Source: Octopus sinensis (taxonomy: Eukaryota). From it: DNA of 64,000 nucleotides. Both the position numbers and the translations under genes were made by a program. The notes beneath the pieces are model-generated. The model made no database searches. It saw only the letters and a program-made list of their open reading frames with translations, and was not told where the DNA came from. This document shows, in pieces, positions 41,501 to 56,059 of the stretch. Each line of letters opens with the position of its first letter. Position 1 is the first letter of the stretch. The DNA is taken from positions 3,100,001-3,164,000 of the forward strand of contig NC_043011.1 of assembly GCF_006345805.1 (NCBI RefSeq). Direction: 5' to 3'.

Positions 41501-42794
41501 CTGATGCTGGGTGATTATGATCTCAACATACGAACAGTCTTCATAGGTATTCTAGTATGAAATGCTGGAGGCAAAAGCTCTGGCAGCACTCCATAAGCTT
41601 TATGTGATGACTGCAGGTGCTATCAAGGAGAGTGATGATACAGTCCACTTAATATTTGATAACTGTTGTGGAATAATGAAGGCTCTTATTTTGAAAGACT
41701 GTGTTGATATCTCTCAAAGGTTACTCATTTCAATATATAAAAATGCAAGTTTACTCAATACTTAGATATTAGTGAATGTTCATTAGGTGAAAAATATTGT
41801 AAAGTCCTTATATTTAGTAAACATTATTCCACTTGCCTCTGTATTTTCTCTCACAAAATTCATAGAATATTTTATATTCCATGTAATATGTAATTACCAG
41901 CATTTGTCATTGAAATTCTTACATTATGATATTAGTTAAATTTCAGGAAATATTACTCTTGATAAGTTATGGAAAGCAGAGGGTGAATGGCATACTGTTT
42001 CAAATGATTGAATTACAAATTTTTTGCTTTAAAATTCCCTTCCCAGTCTTCTGCTCATCATACTGAGAATATGTTAATCCATGTTTTAAAGGGTTCAGAA
42101 TTCCCTATAAAATTATTATAAGATTTTATATTTGCATAGGAATCCTAAAGGAATCATTTCTCTGAAAAGTACTGTTATTTTCAGATGCAGTTTGCTCTAA
42201 TACCATAATATCCCTTCAGATTTATTGCTTTTTTTTCTACAAGAGATTTAAATTTGTTCCTGTTTTTATTTAGCGCTAGTCTAATCTTTATGAGCAATGT
42301 CCCAACCGTGACCACTTGTATTATTTTCATACATAATATCTAGGACTATATTGTGCCCTTTTTTTCTTAAGATAGTTAGACGTTGTTTGAAGAAGATTTG
42401 GCTGCCATTTCTTGCCACTTAGAAGCCTCTCTTTATCTCATATAGGTGAAACAAAACTTCAGGGATCATATTTTTTCCCAACAGTATTATGACAAGAAAT
42501 GGAAGTAAAATGAATTTTTTATTGTATATAGGAAACAAGACTTAATTTTGATACAATTCACCTGGTGCCTACTCTCCACTATCACAGCCACCAATATCAC
42601 TGGCAATGCCAATGGCAGAAGTATACTGGAAGTATATTTCTAGTACCCAATGATACATGGAAGAGTTTTATGCCAACACTATCAGCTAACACACTGCACT
42701 TGTTCAACCACAATACTGAAAAGTACCATTTCACTGTAGTTGTATTTTATTGGTAGTGGAACTTTTGTAGCAAGAGATATGTAGATACAATACT

Positions 42795-42970
42795 TATTTC
42801 TTTACTACCCACAAGGGGCTAAACACAGAGGGGACAAACAAGGACAGACAAATGGATTAAGTCGGTTATATCGACCTCAGTGTGTAACTGGTACTTAATT
42901 TATTGATCCTGAAAGGATGAAAAGCAAAGTCAACCTCGTCGGAATTTGAACTCAGAACGTAACGGCAGCA
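42795..42970 (-). mobile_element. SINE family C (5'-truncated)
   Basis: Matches 62447-62615. Confidence 0.9.
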
Positions 42971-43547
42971 GATAGAGGACAGAAGTATTAACCTACATAG
43001 TTTGAATAGTTATAAAAGGCATGAAGAACTTCATATCTTATATGCACCAATGACGTTTTTGATATGCAAGCCATATAACTGACTGTTGAAGTAATAACAG
43101 ATTCTAAGTCAATCAAAAGAAAATTGATATACTTCTAGTCATCTTTATCTAGTATTACTGTTTAAGACTATACTTAACCATTGAAGAAGTTTAGTAATTC
43201 GCTGTTGTATTGCCTTCATATTAATTGGAATATCAAGTTTGCTCCCCTTGTCTTTTTTGACTGTGAAAAATTAATATTCTGATGATTATTTTTCTTCCCT
43301 ACAAATATAATTTGAATCACTTAATAAGTCTTTATTCACTACACTAAGTATTTTAGTACTACCTGCCTTTAACAATTCTAGTTTACAATTAAATACTTAT
43401 CTTTAGTCCTCTATAGGTTTTTGTTTACTATTAAATACTTTCACTTCACCATTCTCCAGTCATTTACGACAGACAAAATAATGACAGGTATAACAAGTAA
43501 ATTTAGTTAAATGTGTCAACTAATAATGAAAACTTTATCCGAAACAT

Positions 43548-43890
43548 ACTCTTTTACTCTTTTACTTTGACAGCGGCCATGCTGGGGCACCACCTTTAGT
43601 TGAGCAAATCGACCCTAGGACTTATTCTTTGTAAGCCTAGTACTTATTCTATCGTTCTCTTTTGCTGAACCGCTAATTGACGGGGACATAAACACACCAG
43701 CATCGGTTGTCAAGCAATGCTACGGGGACAAACACAAACACACAAACACACACACACTCATACATACACATATACGACGGGATTCTTTCAGTTTCCATCT
43801 ACCAAATCCACTCACAAGGCTTTGGTCGGCCCAAGGCTATAGTAGAAGACACTTGCCCAAGATGCCACGCAGTGGGATTGAACCCGGAAC
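43548..43890 (-). mobile_element. SINE family A (head-truncated)
   Basis: Alignment by eye. Confidence 0.9.
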
Positions 43891-44111
43891 CACCAAAATA
43901 TTATCAACATTCTAAGGTGCTTACCTAAATGAAAATATGATAGACATAACTGAATCTTCATGTTATGGATTGCTGGAAAGTTAATCTAATGAAACCAGTT
44001 TTTCTCTGGATTGTTGAAGCTGTTTAGCTTCATATCAACCCTGAAAGATGTTCCAGCTTTGACTATTTCCACTTTTCCGTGTGTAAATCAGGGAGTATAA
44101 TGTTCAATATC

Positions 44112-44420
44112 ACCATCACGGTGACCGACCAGGCCATCAGATGTTGTTACACATCGCTGGTCACAATGCGCTTTGCATTGTTTTAGCCTTCAAGTTACGC
44201 CACCCCGCTGGCTAAGCGAGGAGGCCAACAGAAGAAAGAGTGAGAGAAAGTTGTGGCAAAAGAGTACAGCAGGAATCGCCACCACCCTCTGCAGGAGCCT
44301 CATGGAGCTCTTTAGGTGTTTTCGGTCAATAAACACTCACAACGCCCAGTCTGGGAGTTGAAACCACAATCCTACAGCCATGAGTCCGCTGCCCTAACCA
44401 CTAGGCCATTGCGCCTCCAC
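44112..44420 (-). mobile_element. SINE family B2
   Basis: Reverse of 15520-15826. Confidence 0.88.
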
Positions 44421-44994
44421 AATATATTCTTTAAAATGTGAATGTGTAACTTGTGGAAGATGTTACTGCCATCTCTAGCAGATCTACCGGCCACACAAAG
44501 ATTTCCTAATTGACTTGTTTCTTCATCATCTTATTTATTATAAATGGAAATTAATGGTGTAGAGATCAGATGAAGTGAATTAACTCATCTGAATGTCATT
44601 TGTCTATTGGTAGAATTCAGTTTGCCAAGAGATTATTCCATATTTATGGCTCTTGTGTCAATTTAAGTTTATGAAATTGTAAATAATCAAATAATTTCAT
44701 TCAGTAATGGCAAAAATCACAGCTGACTGGGTATACTCTTTGTTAGTCTCTCGGCTGAAAGATTGACAGTTTGTATCCTATTTATGACTGTGTTGTGTCT
44801 CTGACTAAGACTGTTACCGATCTTTATTCTAACAAAATATGATCGTAAACAGAATCCCTGTGAAAGTACATCTCTTTGACATAATTGGGCAGTACACCAC
44901 ATACCGACTGGTTTAACAACACCAGGCTTTGAGTAATTTCCTCAGAGTTCCTTCTTCTATAAAATTCAGACCAGATCTGCAGGTTCTATCTTCT

Positions 44995-45670
44995 GTCTTT
45001 TACTTGTTCCAATTGCTGGACTGTAGCCATGCTGGGGCACACTATGAAGTGTTTCTGCCAAGTCAAATCGATCCCAGTACTTGTTTTTTTTTTTTCTAAG
45101 TCTGGTACTTAGTAGTTTAGCAAAAGTGATTAATACACTAAGTTGTTAGTACATAACGAAACCATCAGATGTCAAGCAGACGATGGATAAACACACACAC
45201 ACACACACACAAATATACAATAAGTTTCCACACAGTTTCTGTCTTCTAAATTCATTCACAGGGCAATGGTTGACCTGGCGTTATTGAAAGCAATTGCTTA
45301 AGGTGCCGTGCAGTAGGACTGAACCTGAATTCATGTGGCTACAAGCAAGCTTCTTAAGTGGACAAAATCATTAGAGTTTTGTGGTATTTATTCTGGCTTC
45401 TTGTCTTCTGAATCCAAATCCCTTCAAGGACAACTTAGTCTTTCATCCTTTCGGGGTCAATATTTCTAGCATTTTAGCCGACAAGTTTGCAGAATCCTTA
45501 ACACACAGGACAAAATGCTTTCCAGCATTTCATCCATCTTTACATTCTGAGTTCAATTCTTGCCACAGTTGACTTTGCTTTTCACCCTTTTGGGACGAGC
45601 ACAGGGGTCACTGTAATTGACTTACCTCTTCTCCCAGAATTGCTGGCTTTGTGTCAAAATTTGAAACTAA
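44995..45670. mobile_element. Old SINE A (-, to ~45360) and SINE C fragments (+)
   Basis: Diverged motif matches. Confidence 0.6.
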
Positions 45671-45672
45671 TA

Positions 45673-46315
45673 GGCACAGGAGTGGCTGTGTGGTAAGTAG
45701 CTTGTTTACCAACCACATGGTTCCGGGTTCAGTCCCACTGCGTGGCACCTTGGGCAAGTGTCTTCTACTATAGCCTCGGGCCGACCAAAGCCTTGTGCAT
45801 GGGTTTGGTAGATGGAAACTGAAAGAAGCCCATCGTATATATGTATATATATGTATATATATGTATATATATATATTTCTTTACTACCCACAAGGGGCTA
45901 AACACAGAGGAGACAAACAAGGACAGACAAACGGATTAAGTCGATTACATCGACCCCAGTGCGCAACTGGTACTTAATTTATCAACCCCGGAAGGATGAA
46001 AGGCAAAGTCGACCTCGGCGGAATTTGAACTCGGAACGTAACGGCAGACGAAATACGGCAACGCATTTCGCCCGGCATGCTTAACGTTATGTATATATAT
46101 ATGTGTGCGTGTATGTTTGTGTTTGTCCCCCTAGCATTGCTTGATAACCGATGCTGGTGTGTTTATGTCCCTGTCACTTAGCGGTTCGGCAAAAGAGACC
46201 GATAGAATAAGTACTGGGCTTACAAAGAATAAGTCCCGGGGTTGAGTTGCTCGATTAAAGGCGGTGCTCCAGCATGGACTGAAACAAGTAAAATAGTAAA
46301 AGAGAGTAAAGAGAG
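45673..46315 (+). mobile_element. SINE A with a nested antisense SINE C (45874-46088) in its TA linker
   Basis: A head 45673-45873; A tail resumes at 46089. Confidence 0.92.
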
Positions 46316-47792
46316 TCAGTCTCTCCACTATTATGGAAAGTATCAAACAACAACAACAGCATCTGCCATAAATAAAGCATGGTTATTGTTGTTGCTATTG
46401 TTTATGTTGTGATTATGATGTCCTGTTATCAGGCAGAATATCTAAGACTGCATTTATAAAGTACTTTGTTTTTCAGTCAAGTGTTATTTGAAACACTGCA
46501 TAACTATTCAAAACAGTGTTAGGGAACCCTTCACCTGCATTAAAATTTGAAATTGTCAGCTAAAATTTGAAACTACTGCCACCACCACCACCACCACCAC
46601 CACCATTGTCATCGTCACCATCATTTTTATGCCAGTGGGGGCTGTGATAGTCATCATGGCCAGAGTCAGTCCTTATTATGAGTTACTGCTCTTCTAGATG
46701 GGTCAGGGGACTGCATGTCATTCATGTCCCATGTTTTGGTATGATTTGTATGACCCATCATAACATAGATTCTACCTATGAATTTGTATCATTAAATATT
46801 TATCTTCCATGATTCAGATAAATCCTGACAGGATTTGTAATTTAGCTGCGATCCTAAAGTAGTTCTCCACTTCATTACAGTTGGTGTTACATTAGTGGTA
46901 AATTAGTTGTTAGGCTTTATTTCTCCTTCTATAACCTGCCAGCAAAGTAAAATTTATACAAAGGTCAGTTTGCAATGTACAGTTCTGCTAAATGGAATCA
47001 ATTCATTCCATCTACACATCTCACTGATTGATTGCTAATGTTTTTCAATAGCACCAGCTTTATTACAATTCCTCTTACTTCAAATCAATGTTTTCCCATT
47101 GGTTCAAAGGACCATTTGTTATTTAAAAGCGGTAAATCAAACTTTTGGTTGGTAAAGTTTCACTAAGGTTTCACAGAAGTTATCTTCAGTGTATCTAAAG
47201 CACATTAACTTATTGGAACTGAAGCTAGAATCATTAAAGAATTTTAACTGAGCCCTGGAAGCCAGTAATTGTCTCATCAATTCTACAACGAGGAAATTTG
47301 AAGGACTCATTAATTCTGTGATATTTATATGCAGCAGTGTGGACTGGGCCGTTGATAATCAGGAGTCCCAGCCAAGGACATGGAGCAGCATCAGTATTCG
47401 AATGATGCATAATAAAATCACTTCATTTTAGCTTGAAAGATTTGCAATTGCAATTCTGCTTTTATAGTTCCATAAAATTGGAATTGCCTCTTCAAGAGTT
47501 AGTTTCAATATTCAAATAAAACTGTTCACAACATTCATGAAAGAAAAAAAAATTATCCTGCCAGCATTCCATCCTGGTTTTAATTTAGAGAATTATTTTT
47601 GTGCTTGTTTTCTATTTAGATTCTTGTAGTTACCGAAATATTGATTGAAATGGCATGATTACCAGAAATTTGCATATCTACACAGATGCTCACACAAAAA
47701 CGCCTCTTACAGGTAGTTTGATGAAACAATCTCTGCATTCTGTCTTCTATTGATCTTCTATAATTTCTATTGAAATCAAATAATTAACCTCT

Positions 47793-47823
<31 letters not shown>

Positions 47824-48099
47824 CATCAACATCATCATCATCATCATCATTATCATCATCATCTAATATACTACTACTATTGCTGCCTTTCTCTCACCCT
47901 ATCTAACTCCATATCATCGTCATCATCATCATCATCATCATCACCACGACCATCACCATCATTTTTATTATCGACATCAAGGTTCCTAATAGAATTTCAA
48001 AATGTTGGGCTATCAAATTAAACATGTTATCATATATTTATTCTATTTTATCCCAGGCCAAGTCTCAGAGGTGTTTGCATGTGACAGTAGCATTTGAAT

Positions 48100-48560
48100 A
48101 TTAAGTAGGGAGCACGTGGATGAGCAGTTACAGTGGTCATCCAGTATCTATAGAGGGGAAAATGTAGATCTTTCTGCGACCATTGTGCATTTTGTTAGAA
48201 CTAATATATTTACTGAGGTTATGCATTACAATAATTTTTATCCTAAAATGCAAGTGTACCCAGTGGCCATCCCTTCATCAGTGTGGTCAGCAGTGTCTAA
48301 CTTAGTCTGGAGGAAGTGGTAGTACCAATGGTCATTGCAGGCCCTATGAAAGTGTTGAGATTGTGGGGTCTGAGGAGTTCGAATCAGTATGGTGTGTCTG
48401 GAAGAAGCCCCAAAATCACCCTATGGGCCAAGATCCATCTTTTCTGCATACTGATTTTTTTGTATGAGTTCCTAGATTTCGTCTACCTTGAACTTACAGA
48501 ACATTGCCAACTTGGAAGATATTGAAGAAATATAAGAGGTAGAAGTTGGAATTGAAACTA
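48100..48560 (-). mobile_element. Possible highly decayed CR1/L2-type AP-endonuclease fragment
   Basis: Weak GDF-like motif in minus frames only. Confidence 0.25.
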
Positions 48561-50603
48561 CCAATTGGTTCACAAAGTTGCAGTGTCTCCTGTCCATGGT
48601 AGTGGGACAGAAAAAGCTATCACCATTTGTAAGGCTGGGGATAGAATATCAGGAAAAGGAGGTGACATAAAAGAAAAATAACCTTTTTCTATTAATTATT
48701 TGCACTGTGATAGGCATGAATGATTTAAAAACACACAGAAAAAATAACATAAGATGCATATGCAGAAAAAAATATTTCATACAGACATATCAGGTCATGG
48801 TGAGCCAGCAGGAAACAGCAGCCAAAAGCTATTAACAGGATTATATGTATGGAAACCCATTGCGTGCAGAATTCATTGTGCAGTACTTAGCATGTATAGC
48901 CAGTTTAGCTGTGTTATTGCTGTTTAGAGTTTCCTTCTTTTTTATTCAACAGATCACTTCAGCCACATCACCAATCTTTAGAGAAGTATTCTGTCATCTA
49001 GGGTCACAATTTTAGTGTGATCGTTAGTCATATATTTTTCTGAGGGTGTGCTCAAGTTATGAAGGTTTTATGTGTCGGCAATGACCACATTGAAGTTTGA
49101 GGTTTTAAATATTTTATTAACCTCCATCATTATATTGACAAATGTACATTCAATAAATTAATGAATCAATGTTCAATGCACATAATGGTTAAGAATCTTC
49201 TGCATATAACTTGTTGGATAGTGTAACGAAGTGCAAGGTAATTAATCACTGCATATAATTAATATGTGTTACTGGACATGTCAAGTAAAGGTTAGTACCT
49301 TTTATCGACTACGACATAGGCATGTTACTTGAAAGTGAAAGTAAAAGATAGCAAGAGAGACTGACTCATTGAGACAAACGATATAGATTCCCCGAGATAG
49401 CTTCACAGCTCTTTGATCAGATTGGATTTGCCAAGTCGTTTTATAGCTCTTAACGATCCTTCTACAATCTACAGTCAAACCGTTTGGTGGGAAATCTTGC
49501 ACACTTCTTTCAAAGATTGCTGTCTCAGACAAACTAAGTTGGCTAGTGCTGATTGGTCGAGCTATATTTGCATAAGTGTTCATACCTTTTATGGTGACAC
49601 TTCCTTTATATGGAAAAATATATTAGTTCATGGATGTGGACTTGAAACATTTGAGATCAGTCGTTCAAATCTAAGCTGGAGTCTGACTACATTGTAGATA
49701 GAGAAGACAGCAACAATTTGTAAAAGACTTTTGTGTGTCTGTTTATGCCATAAAAGCAGTGAACTTTTGAAGAACATGTACATGAGATGTCTCTGAAACA
49801 AATTTGTAGCAAAATATTATTTTACCACCGAACAGGAACAATGCCAAAAAGTTCGTTTGAAATAGCAGTCAAACACCTCTATATACCAAGGCTAAATGTT
49901 CAGATGCATGGAAAAACATTGGACACAGCATTATATCAGTGTTGGCATTGGTTCACAAGTATTACTTTTATAGTTGTGGTTTTCTGAGTCACAAATTCTG
50001 GTGGCTGAGATATCCAATCACTAATTTAGTGGTTTTAGCATGCTGGTAGCCATTTAAGTTGTTGAGATCCCCAATTTTTAGAGTGGTGTTTAGTAATAAA
50101 TTCTTCATTGGTAGTTTACTGTATTAGACAGGCTACATGGAAAGACAAAAATGACTACACTAATATTTATTTCAGCTTTCATGTATTTTATTAACCTACA
50201 TGAGTATATATATAAATAATGTAACAGGACAACGTTTATGAAACAACAAACATAATAAATAGAAGCTCCTGTAATACGTCATGTTAAGTAATATGAAAGT
50301 AGTTCATAGTTATTGAAGAGAAAATTAGTATAAGAAATTAAATCTGCTGCATATAAGTAATGTATGTATGATTTCACTCTACAAGGTTGGTGGATTTTGT
50401 TGAATATAACATAAGCATGTTAAATGATAAAAAAGGGAAAGGAGTTGAGAGATTGACTCATTGAACAAAGCAACATAGTTTCATCTGAATGAGTGAGTGG
50501 TTCTGGTCTGAGGTTGAAGTTGTCGACTTTTTATAACAGTAAGCCAAATTTTCTAGAACTTCGATCAAGTTATTTGGCTAGAGAACTCACAATTTCTTTG
50601 CAG

Positions 50604-50711
50604 TTCACCACATCAACGATAGCAAGTCATCAACTGCTGATTGGCTGAGCCATAAACATGTGGATATCGGTGCCTTTTGCAGCAATACAGTCAGCCATGC
50701 TTCTGATTTTG
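50604..50711 (+). CDS. Candidate first coding exon: ATG at 50658 encodes MWISVPFAAIQSAMLLIL (signal-peptide-like)
   Basis: Acceptor aatttctttgcag|, invertebrate Kozak-like taaacATG, donor ttg|gtaagc. The alternative phase-1 reading HHINDSKSSTADWLSHKHVDIGAFCSNTVSHASDF is also open. Confidence 0.4.
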
Positions 50712-51111
50712 GTAAGCTTGAGAATAATGGTTCAAAATTCAATAATAGCATTGCAACAAAACAGAATCAGTCATGTTCTTTTTCCAAGAGCATTAGAGGA
50801 ATAAGAGATTAAATATTGTTTCAACAAGGAACATTGTAGTAGTGTCTTGTCAGATTACCACCTGATACAACTTACTAATCACTGAACATCATATAATTCA
50901 TGAGTGTAAATATATCCTAGAGGTAATCCACAGGTAATGATGCTTCAGTATATGACAATGATAGCCAAAATGCTTTTGGAATAAACAAAAAAGAAAGAAA
51001 TGAAGTACACGATAATTAATTTTATACTCTAGGAAAGGAAAAAAGTTGACTTCAACATTTCAGACAGTAGCCCTTCATTAAGAACAAGGGGAGATGGTAA
51101 AAATTGAAATA

Positions 51112-51525
51112 GTGGCTGGAGTGGCTGTGTGGTAAGTAGCTTGCTAACCAACCACATGGTTCCAGGTTCAGTCCCACTGCGTGGCATCTTGGGCAAGTGT
51201 CTTCTGCTGTAGCCCCGGGCCGACCAATGCCTTGTGAGTGGATTTGGTAGACGGAAACTGAAAGAAGCCCGTCGTATATATGTATATATATATATATATG
51301 TATGTGTGTTTGTTTGTGTGTCTGTGTTTGTCCCCCTAGCATTGCTTGACAACCGATGCTGGTGTGTTTATGTCCCCGTTACTTAGTGGTTCGGCAAAAG
51401 AGACCGATAGAATAAGTACCGGGCTTACAAAAAGAATAAGTCCCGGGGTTGAGTTGCTCGATTAAAGGCGGTGCTCCAGCATGGCCGCAGTCAAATGACT
51501 GAAACAAGTAAAAGAGTAAAGAGAG
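51112..51525 (+). mobile_element. SINE family A (reference copy)
   Basis: tRNA-like head (B box GGTTCAGTCCC), internal TA/TG linker, (AAAGAGT) tail. Confidence 0.93.
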
Positions 51526-53722
51526 TTGTTCCTAAGAAGTTTTGTTTTACAATGAAAGCCAAATTGAAATTGAATGAAATGGATTATAGTGTAAGGTAGA
51601 ATAGAAATGAGTTCTTTGCTCAAAGTAAAGAGTCCAACTCATGTCATATTGTTGCTTATCATGTTGTCACGCTTGAATCTTATTTCATGTCACAGTTTAT
51701 ATCACAATTTGTAAACATTATCACTGAGATGAACAATACCTTCTTTTATTAGGGAAAATTATTGACTCTCTACATTTCTAAAGGTAATTGTAACAAGGGA
51801 GTCTATAATTTGGTGCAAAACAAATATCCCAAGAGACCATCATTTATTGATTCTCTCATTTACATTTTTCACTAACATATATTAAGAAAGTAAATATACA
51901 TTCACTCATACATATATATTATGAAGTTGAGGCTAGTTTTATAACCCATCTGGTCATCTCCAAGTGGCAGTGTAAATACATTGAGGTAACAAAAACTTTG
52001 GGTTTGTTACATCTTATGAAACTAGCTTCACTTTGCTACAAAACAATCATAGTCCATGTTTTACCATTGCATTTTGTATACACACACACACACACACACA
52101 CTAATATTGAGCAGTGAGAATGAGTGACCAACATAGCATAGATGGATAAATTTTTCTTTTGTCAATGGGGTTAACCAGGGGGAAGCCAATAGCTTCACAT
52201 GAAATGATTTTCACAATTGCTCAATCAGGAAAGTGTTGGTACTCATCTCCATTTTGAATGGGAATGCATAAGTTACATGAAACTGAATGGGATTTCAAAA
52301 TAAATACACTAATCATGAGAGGTAACTTATAAGAATATCTTGATTGTTATCTCGCTTGCAAGATTATTGCAAGAAATTGCATTCATTATAGATTAATTAA
52401 CTCACATAAGATTTTGCAAAAATCCAAGATGGTAGCAATCTGGATATTGAACATAGCTATTTCCCTAATGGCAACAGAATCTCATCTCCTTTCCTGCTAA
52501 TTTAATGTGGCTTTTGTTAGATCTCTTTAAGGCTTCCTCACTGGGAATTACTTCTTTAATTTTTCAACCGATTCATCAGCAAACATTCCCACACAGTTAA
52601 TTTTAAACTCTTCTATTATGACCTTGAAGATTCTCAGAACTGAGCCCTGATGGCATATATCTTCATGCTAAATTCCTCACTGAACTCATTGCCAATTCTT
52701 ACCTTGCTGATATTATCTAAATAGATGACTTGCATGCTCTCACAAAACATTCATCTATGCCTGTTTGCTTTAGTAACGACCTTGTTACAATCAAATTCTA
52801 ATGGTCGCTACTTAGTTTTCAATCTTCAGTAATGCATTACATAAATACCAATCATTCCCTTGGGTGTTACCAATTGATAGCACTATATTCACAACTAGTA
52901 TATGGCCTTGAGCCAGTGTAAATATTCTTATTCCCATAATACTACAAACAGACTTCCTGCAGAAGTGTTTCTGTATTTCACATTCTCTTCACTGTTAGAC
53001 GCATAACATTGCTATACAAACATGTGACAAATATCATCAACACACTTCATAACGATTCAGATGTTAATTAAAGATTGATACAGTTTCTAAGAGATTAGGA
53101 AAACACTTTATCAAATTAGAATGGAGCCACAATATTAGCGTTACTGCATTTAAGAACCAGGTGTTTCCTATATGCATTCTTTTATTAGCAAAGAGACAGA
53201 TATTACAGACAATTATCTACAGGAAGAGAACTTTTGTTCTTTTGAAAGAAAAGGACATATTTCTTTTTCCTAATCTGATTCTTCTAAGAAAAGAAGAAAA
53301 CAAAATAAAAATAAAGTAAACCTGATTGTTACTAAATGTGTTACTAGGTTAGACTGAAGTACAGTAGAGAAGCAAGTGAAAAATCAGTTTTGGCATGCAA
53401 AAATTTTTTATGATTTCTCTGACTTTATTTGTATTTTTATTTTTTTGGTTCCTTTAAATGTTTTCTGTGAAATAAAGGATTATATACCTTGTATTTACAT
53501 TCCATTTCCCTTTCTCTCCCTCCATCTTTCTCTCTCTCTCTCTCTATCTCTTCCTGTTGCACGCTCTCACTATCATTTTCATTTAAGTGGGAAGTCAAAT
53601 TTTGTGGATTTTCAAATTAGCTGTAAAAAAATTTAGTTCTATACGCTACAAAACACACACACACACTCATATATATACATCTGTTGACTCACTAGAAGTG
53701 ATAAGTTACTGGACTCAACACA

Positions 53723-53965
53723 AATTATCTTTTATCTTTTACTTGTTTCAGTCATGAGAATGTGGTCATGCTGGGGCACCACCTTGAAGAATTTTTCGTT
53801 GAACAAATTGATCCCAGTACATTTAAAAAAATATTTTTGTTAAACCTGATACTTATTCTATTGGTCTCTTTTGCCAAACCACTAAGTTACAGGGGCATAA
53901 GCATATCAACACCAGTTCTCAAGCGATGGTGGGGACAAACACACACACACACACACTCACATGCA
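53723..53965 (-). mobile_element. SINE family A, 3' half
   Basis: Alignment by eye. Confidence 0.8.
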
Positions 53966-54049
53966 CACACATTAAAACATATATCATAAAAGCATTAATT
54001 AAAGATTTTAGAAAACAACTTTTTTCTGAACTAGAAAAAAATTCAAGGA

Positions 54050-55480
54050 AGCTTGTATTTGCATGAAATATACACCATATGCATACAAGGCATTAACAGT
54101 TCATTTCTTTTGTTCCAACTATCGATGCCTTTGGGTCAAACTTCTCAGTTTTTCACTCAAACAAACGTTACACCACATCTTTGATTTAAAGCTCTCATTC
54201 CTGTAAGTTCTGTTGTCTACAACAGACCAGGTAATTTTGAATTCTGTATCAGGCAAAAATCATATAAACTTCAACAATGCTGAGGCACATTTTCTGTCAA
54301 TTCCAAGAAATGAATGTTTCTGCTTGTAATAATGGTTTTTAAGTGTGCACCAAAATGTTTTAGATTGATCACTGCTGTTTGATTCAAACTTTGCACTGTA
54401 TATTATCAACTTTGCCAGACAGTTACTGTCTAGTGGACACTTCTTGTGAATCCTGAGGTTGCATGATCTTTGATGGTTAGCTGTTTGCATCTCTCTTTTA
54501 TTCATCTTTGTAGCATTATAACCTCTTATATAACACAAAACTTTTTCAAGCTGAATAGCTAACCTTAACACAGTTCCTACTCAAGATTTTCCTATACTTA
54601 TGTCCTTGCAGAAAATGGTGATCTATTAAATTAAGAAATTCACTAGGTTAAATACTGGGTTGTACTATTAAATATTCCTTTTCTTTCTACTACTATTCTT
54701 ATGTTGTGTATTTCCAGTATTTTTATATATCTACTCATCAGAAAACCCACTATTTCTATGTACTTCATTATAATACCCAGTTGCACCCATAAAAGCATCT
54801 TCATCAGAATATAATGAGAATATATCTTTTTTACTCTTTTTTACTTGTTTCAGTCTATTGACTGCGGCCATGCTGGAACACTGCCTTGTAGTCGAGCAAA
54901 TCGACCCCAGGTCTTATTCTTTGTAAGCCTAGTACTTATTCTATCGGTTTCTTTTGCTGAACCGCTAAGTAACGGGGACATAAACATACGAGCATCAGTT
55001 GTCAAGCGATGTTGTGGGGACAAACACAGACACACGCACACATATATATACATATATATATATATGACAGGCTTCTTTCAGTTCCGTCTACCAAATCCAC
55101 TCACAAGGCATTGGGTGGCCCGAGGCTATAGTAGAAGACACTTGCCCAAGGTGCCACGCAGTGGGACTGAACCCAGAACCGTGTGGTTGGTAAGCAGACT
55201 ACTTACCATACAGCCACTCCTGCACCTATAATGTTTACTAATTTTGTTAATCAAGTTCCTCAGTATACAAGGTGGGTGATTCGATTGTCTATGTATATAC
55301 AGTAACTTCTCAATTGGGCTGTGATATAGTCTGAAACTATTATTGACCTGTCTTAACTTTGCATCAAGCAAATTAAGGGCAATAAGGCTTTTATTTATAG
55401 AAATATTAAGTCCTATTTCCTGAAATACTTTAATCGAGTTATTCCTAAATCTTTCTAACTTATGATTTTGACTCACCTAG
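54050..55480 (-). mobile_element. Penelope-like element remnant (RT C-terminus, Cys-rich linker, GIY-YIG), interrupted by SINE A
   Basis: LNLLDAKL...LLYIHRQSNHPPCILRNL (RT thumb); CNLRIHKKCPLDSNCLAKLIIYSA; KITWSVV...CNVCLSEKL. Confidence 0.88.
54826..55228 (-). mobile_element. SINE family A nested in the Penelope-like element
   Basis: Full-length reverse copy. Confidence 0.9.
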
Positions 55481-55577
55481 GCCCCATCATATGCTCCCAT
55501 GGAAACACTGAATATTTCGTTCCCACTTTTCTTAATCCATATGTTATTATTGAAAACCCAGGAGTGATTTTCTTGAC

Positions 55578-55616
<39 letters not shown>

Positions 55617-55906
55617 TATTTAGTCTTTTATGATTGCATCAAATAAATAAAATTCTACCAAAACAGCTGTTGTGAATTTTAGATGTCATTTGATTATTTT
55701 ATATACATACATCACACCAAGTACCCCCCCTGATTTGGATCTATGGTTTAAATTGGATTTGGTGCTTACATATTTATAGTATCCAATGAACGCTTGAGGT
55801 ATTCAATGTTGTTTATTTCAATGGCATCTTTATGTTAATGTACCTCTCTATTTCTGGTATCCTACAGGCTGATTCTTATCAATCTATATATATATGATAT
55901 ATATAT

Positions 55907-55950
<44 letters not shown>

Positions 55951-55954
<4 letters not shown>

Positions 55955-56035
55955 AGAATTCACAAGAAAACAACAACAAAAACGAAGACAGGTGGTGTAG
56001 ACAACAAACAGTTGTATTAGTTTAATGCTCAGGAA
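55951..56035 (-). mobile_element. Penelope-LTR-like fragment truncated at (TA)n
   Basis: Shares the aYgctcaggaaa motif with 432-446 and 56547-56560. Confidence 0.5.
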
Positions 56036-56059
56036 ATATATACATATACATATATATAG

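Noticed and set aside
46900-47750. Possible hAT-type transposase relic on minus
   Set aside because: Only vague resemblance; no diagnostic motif or TIR.
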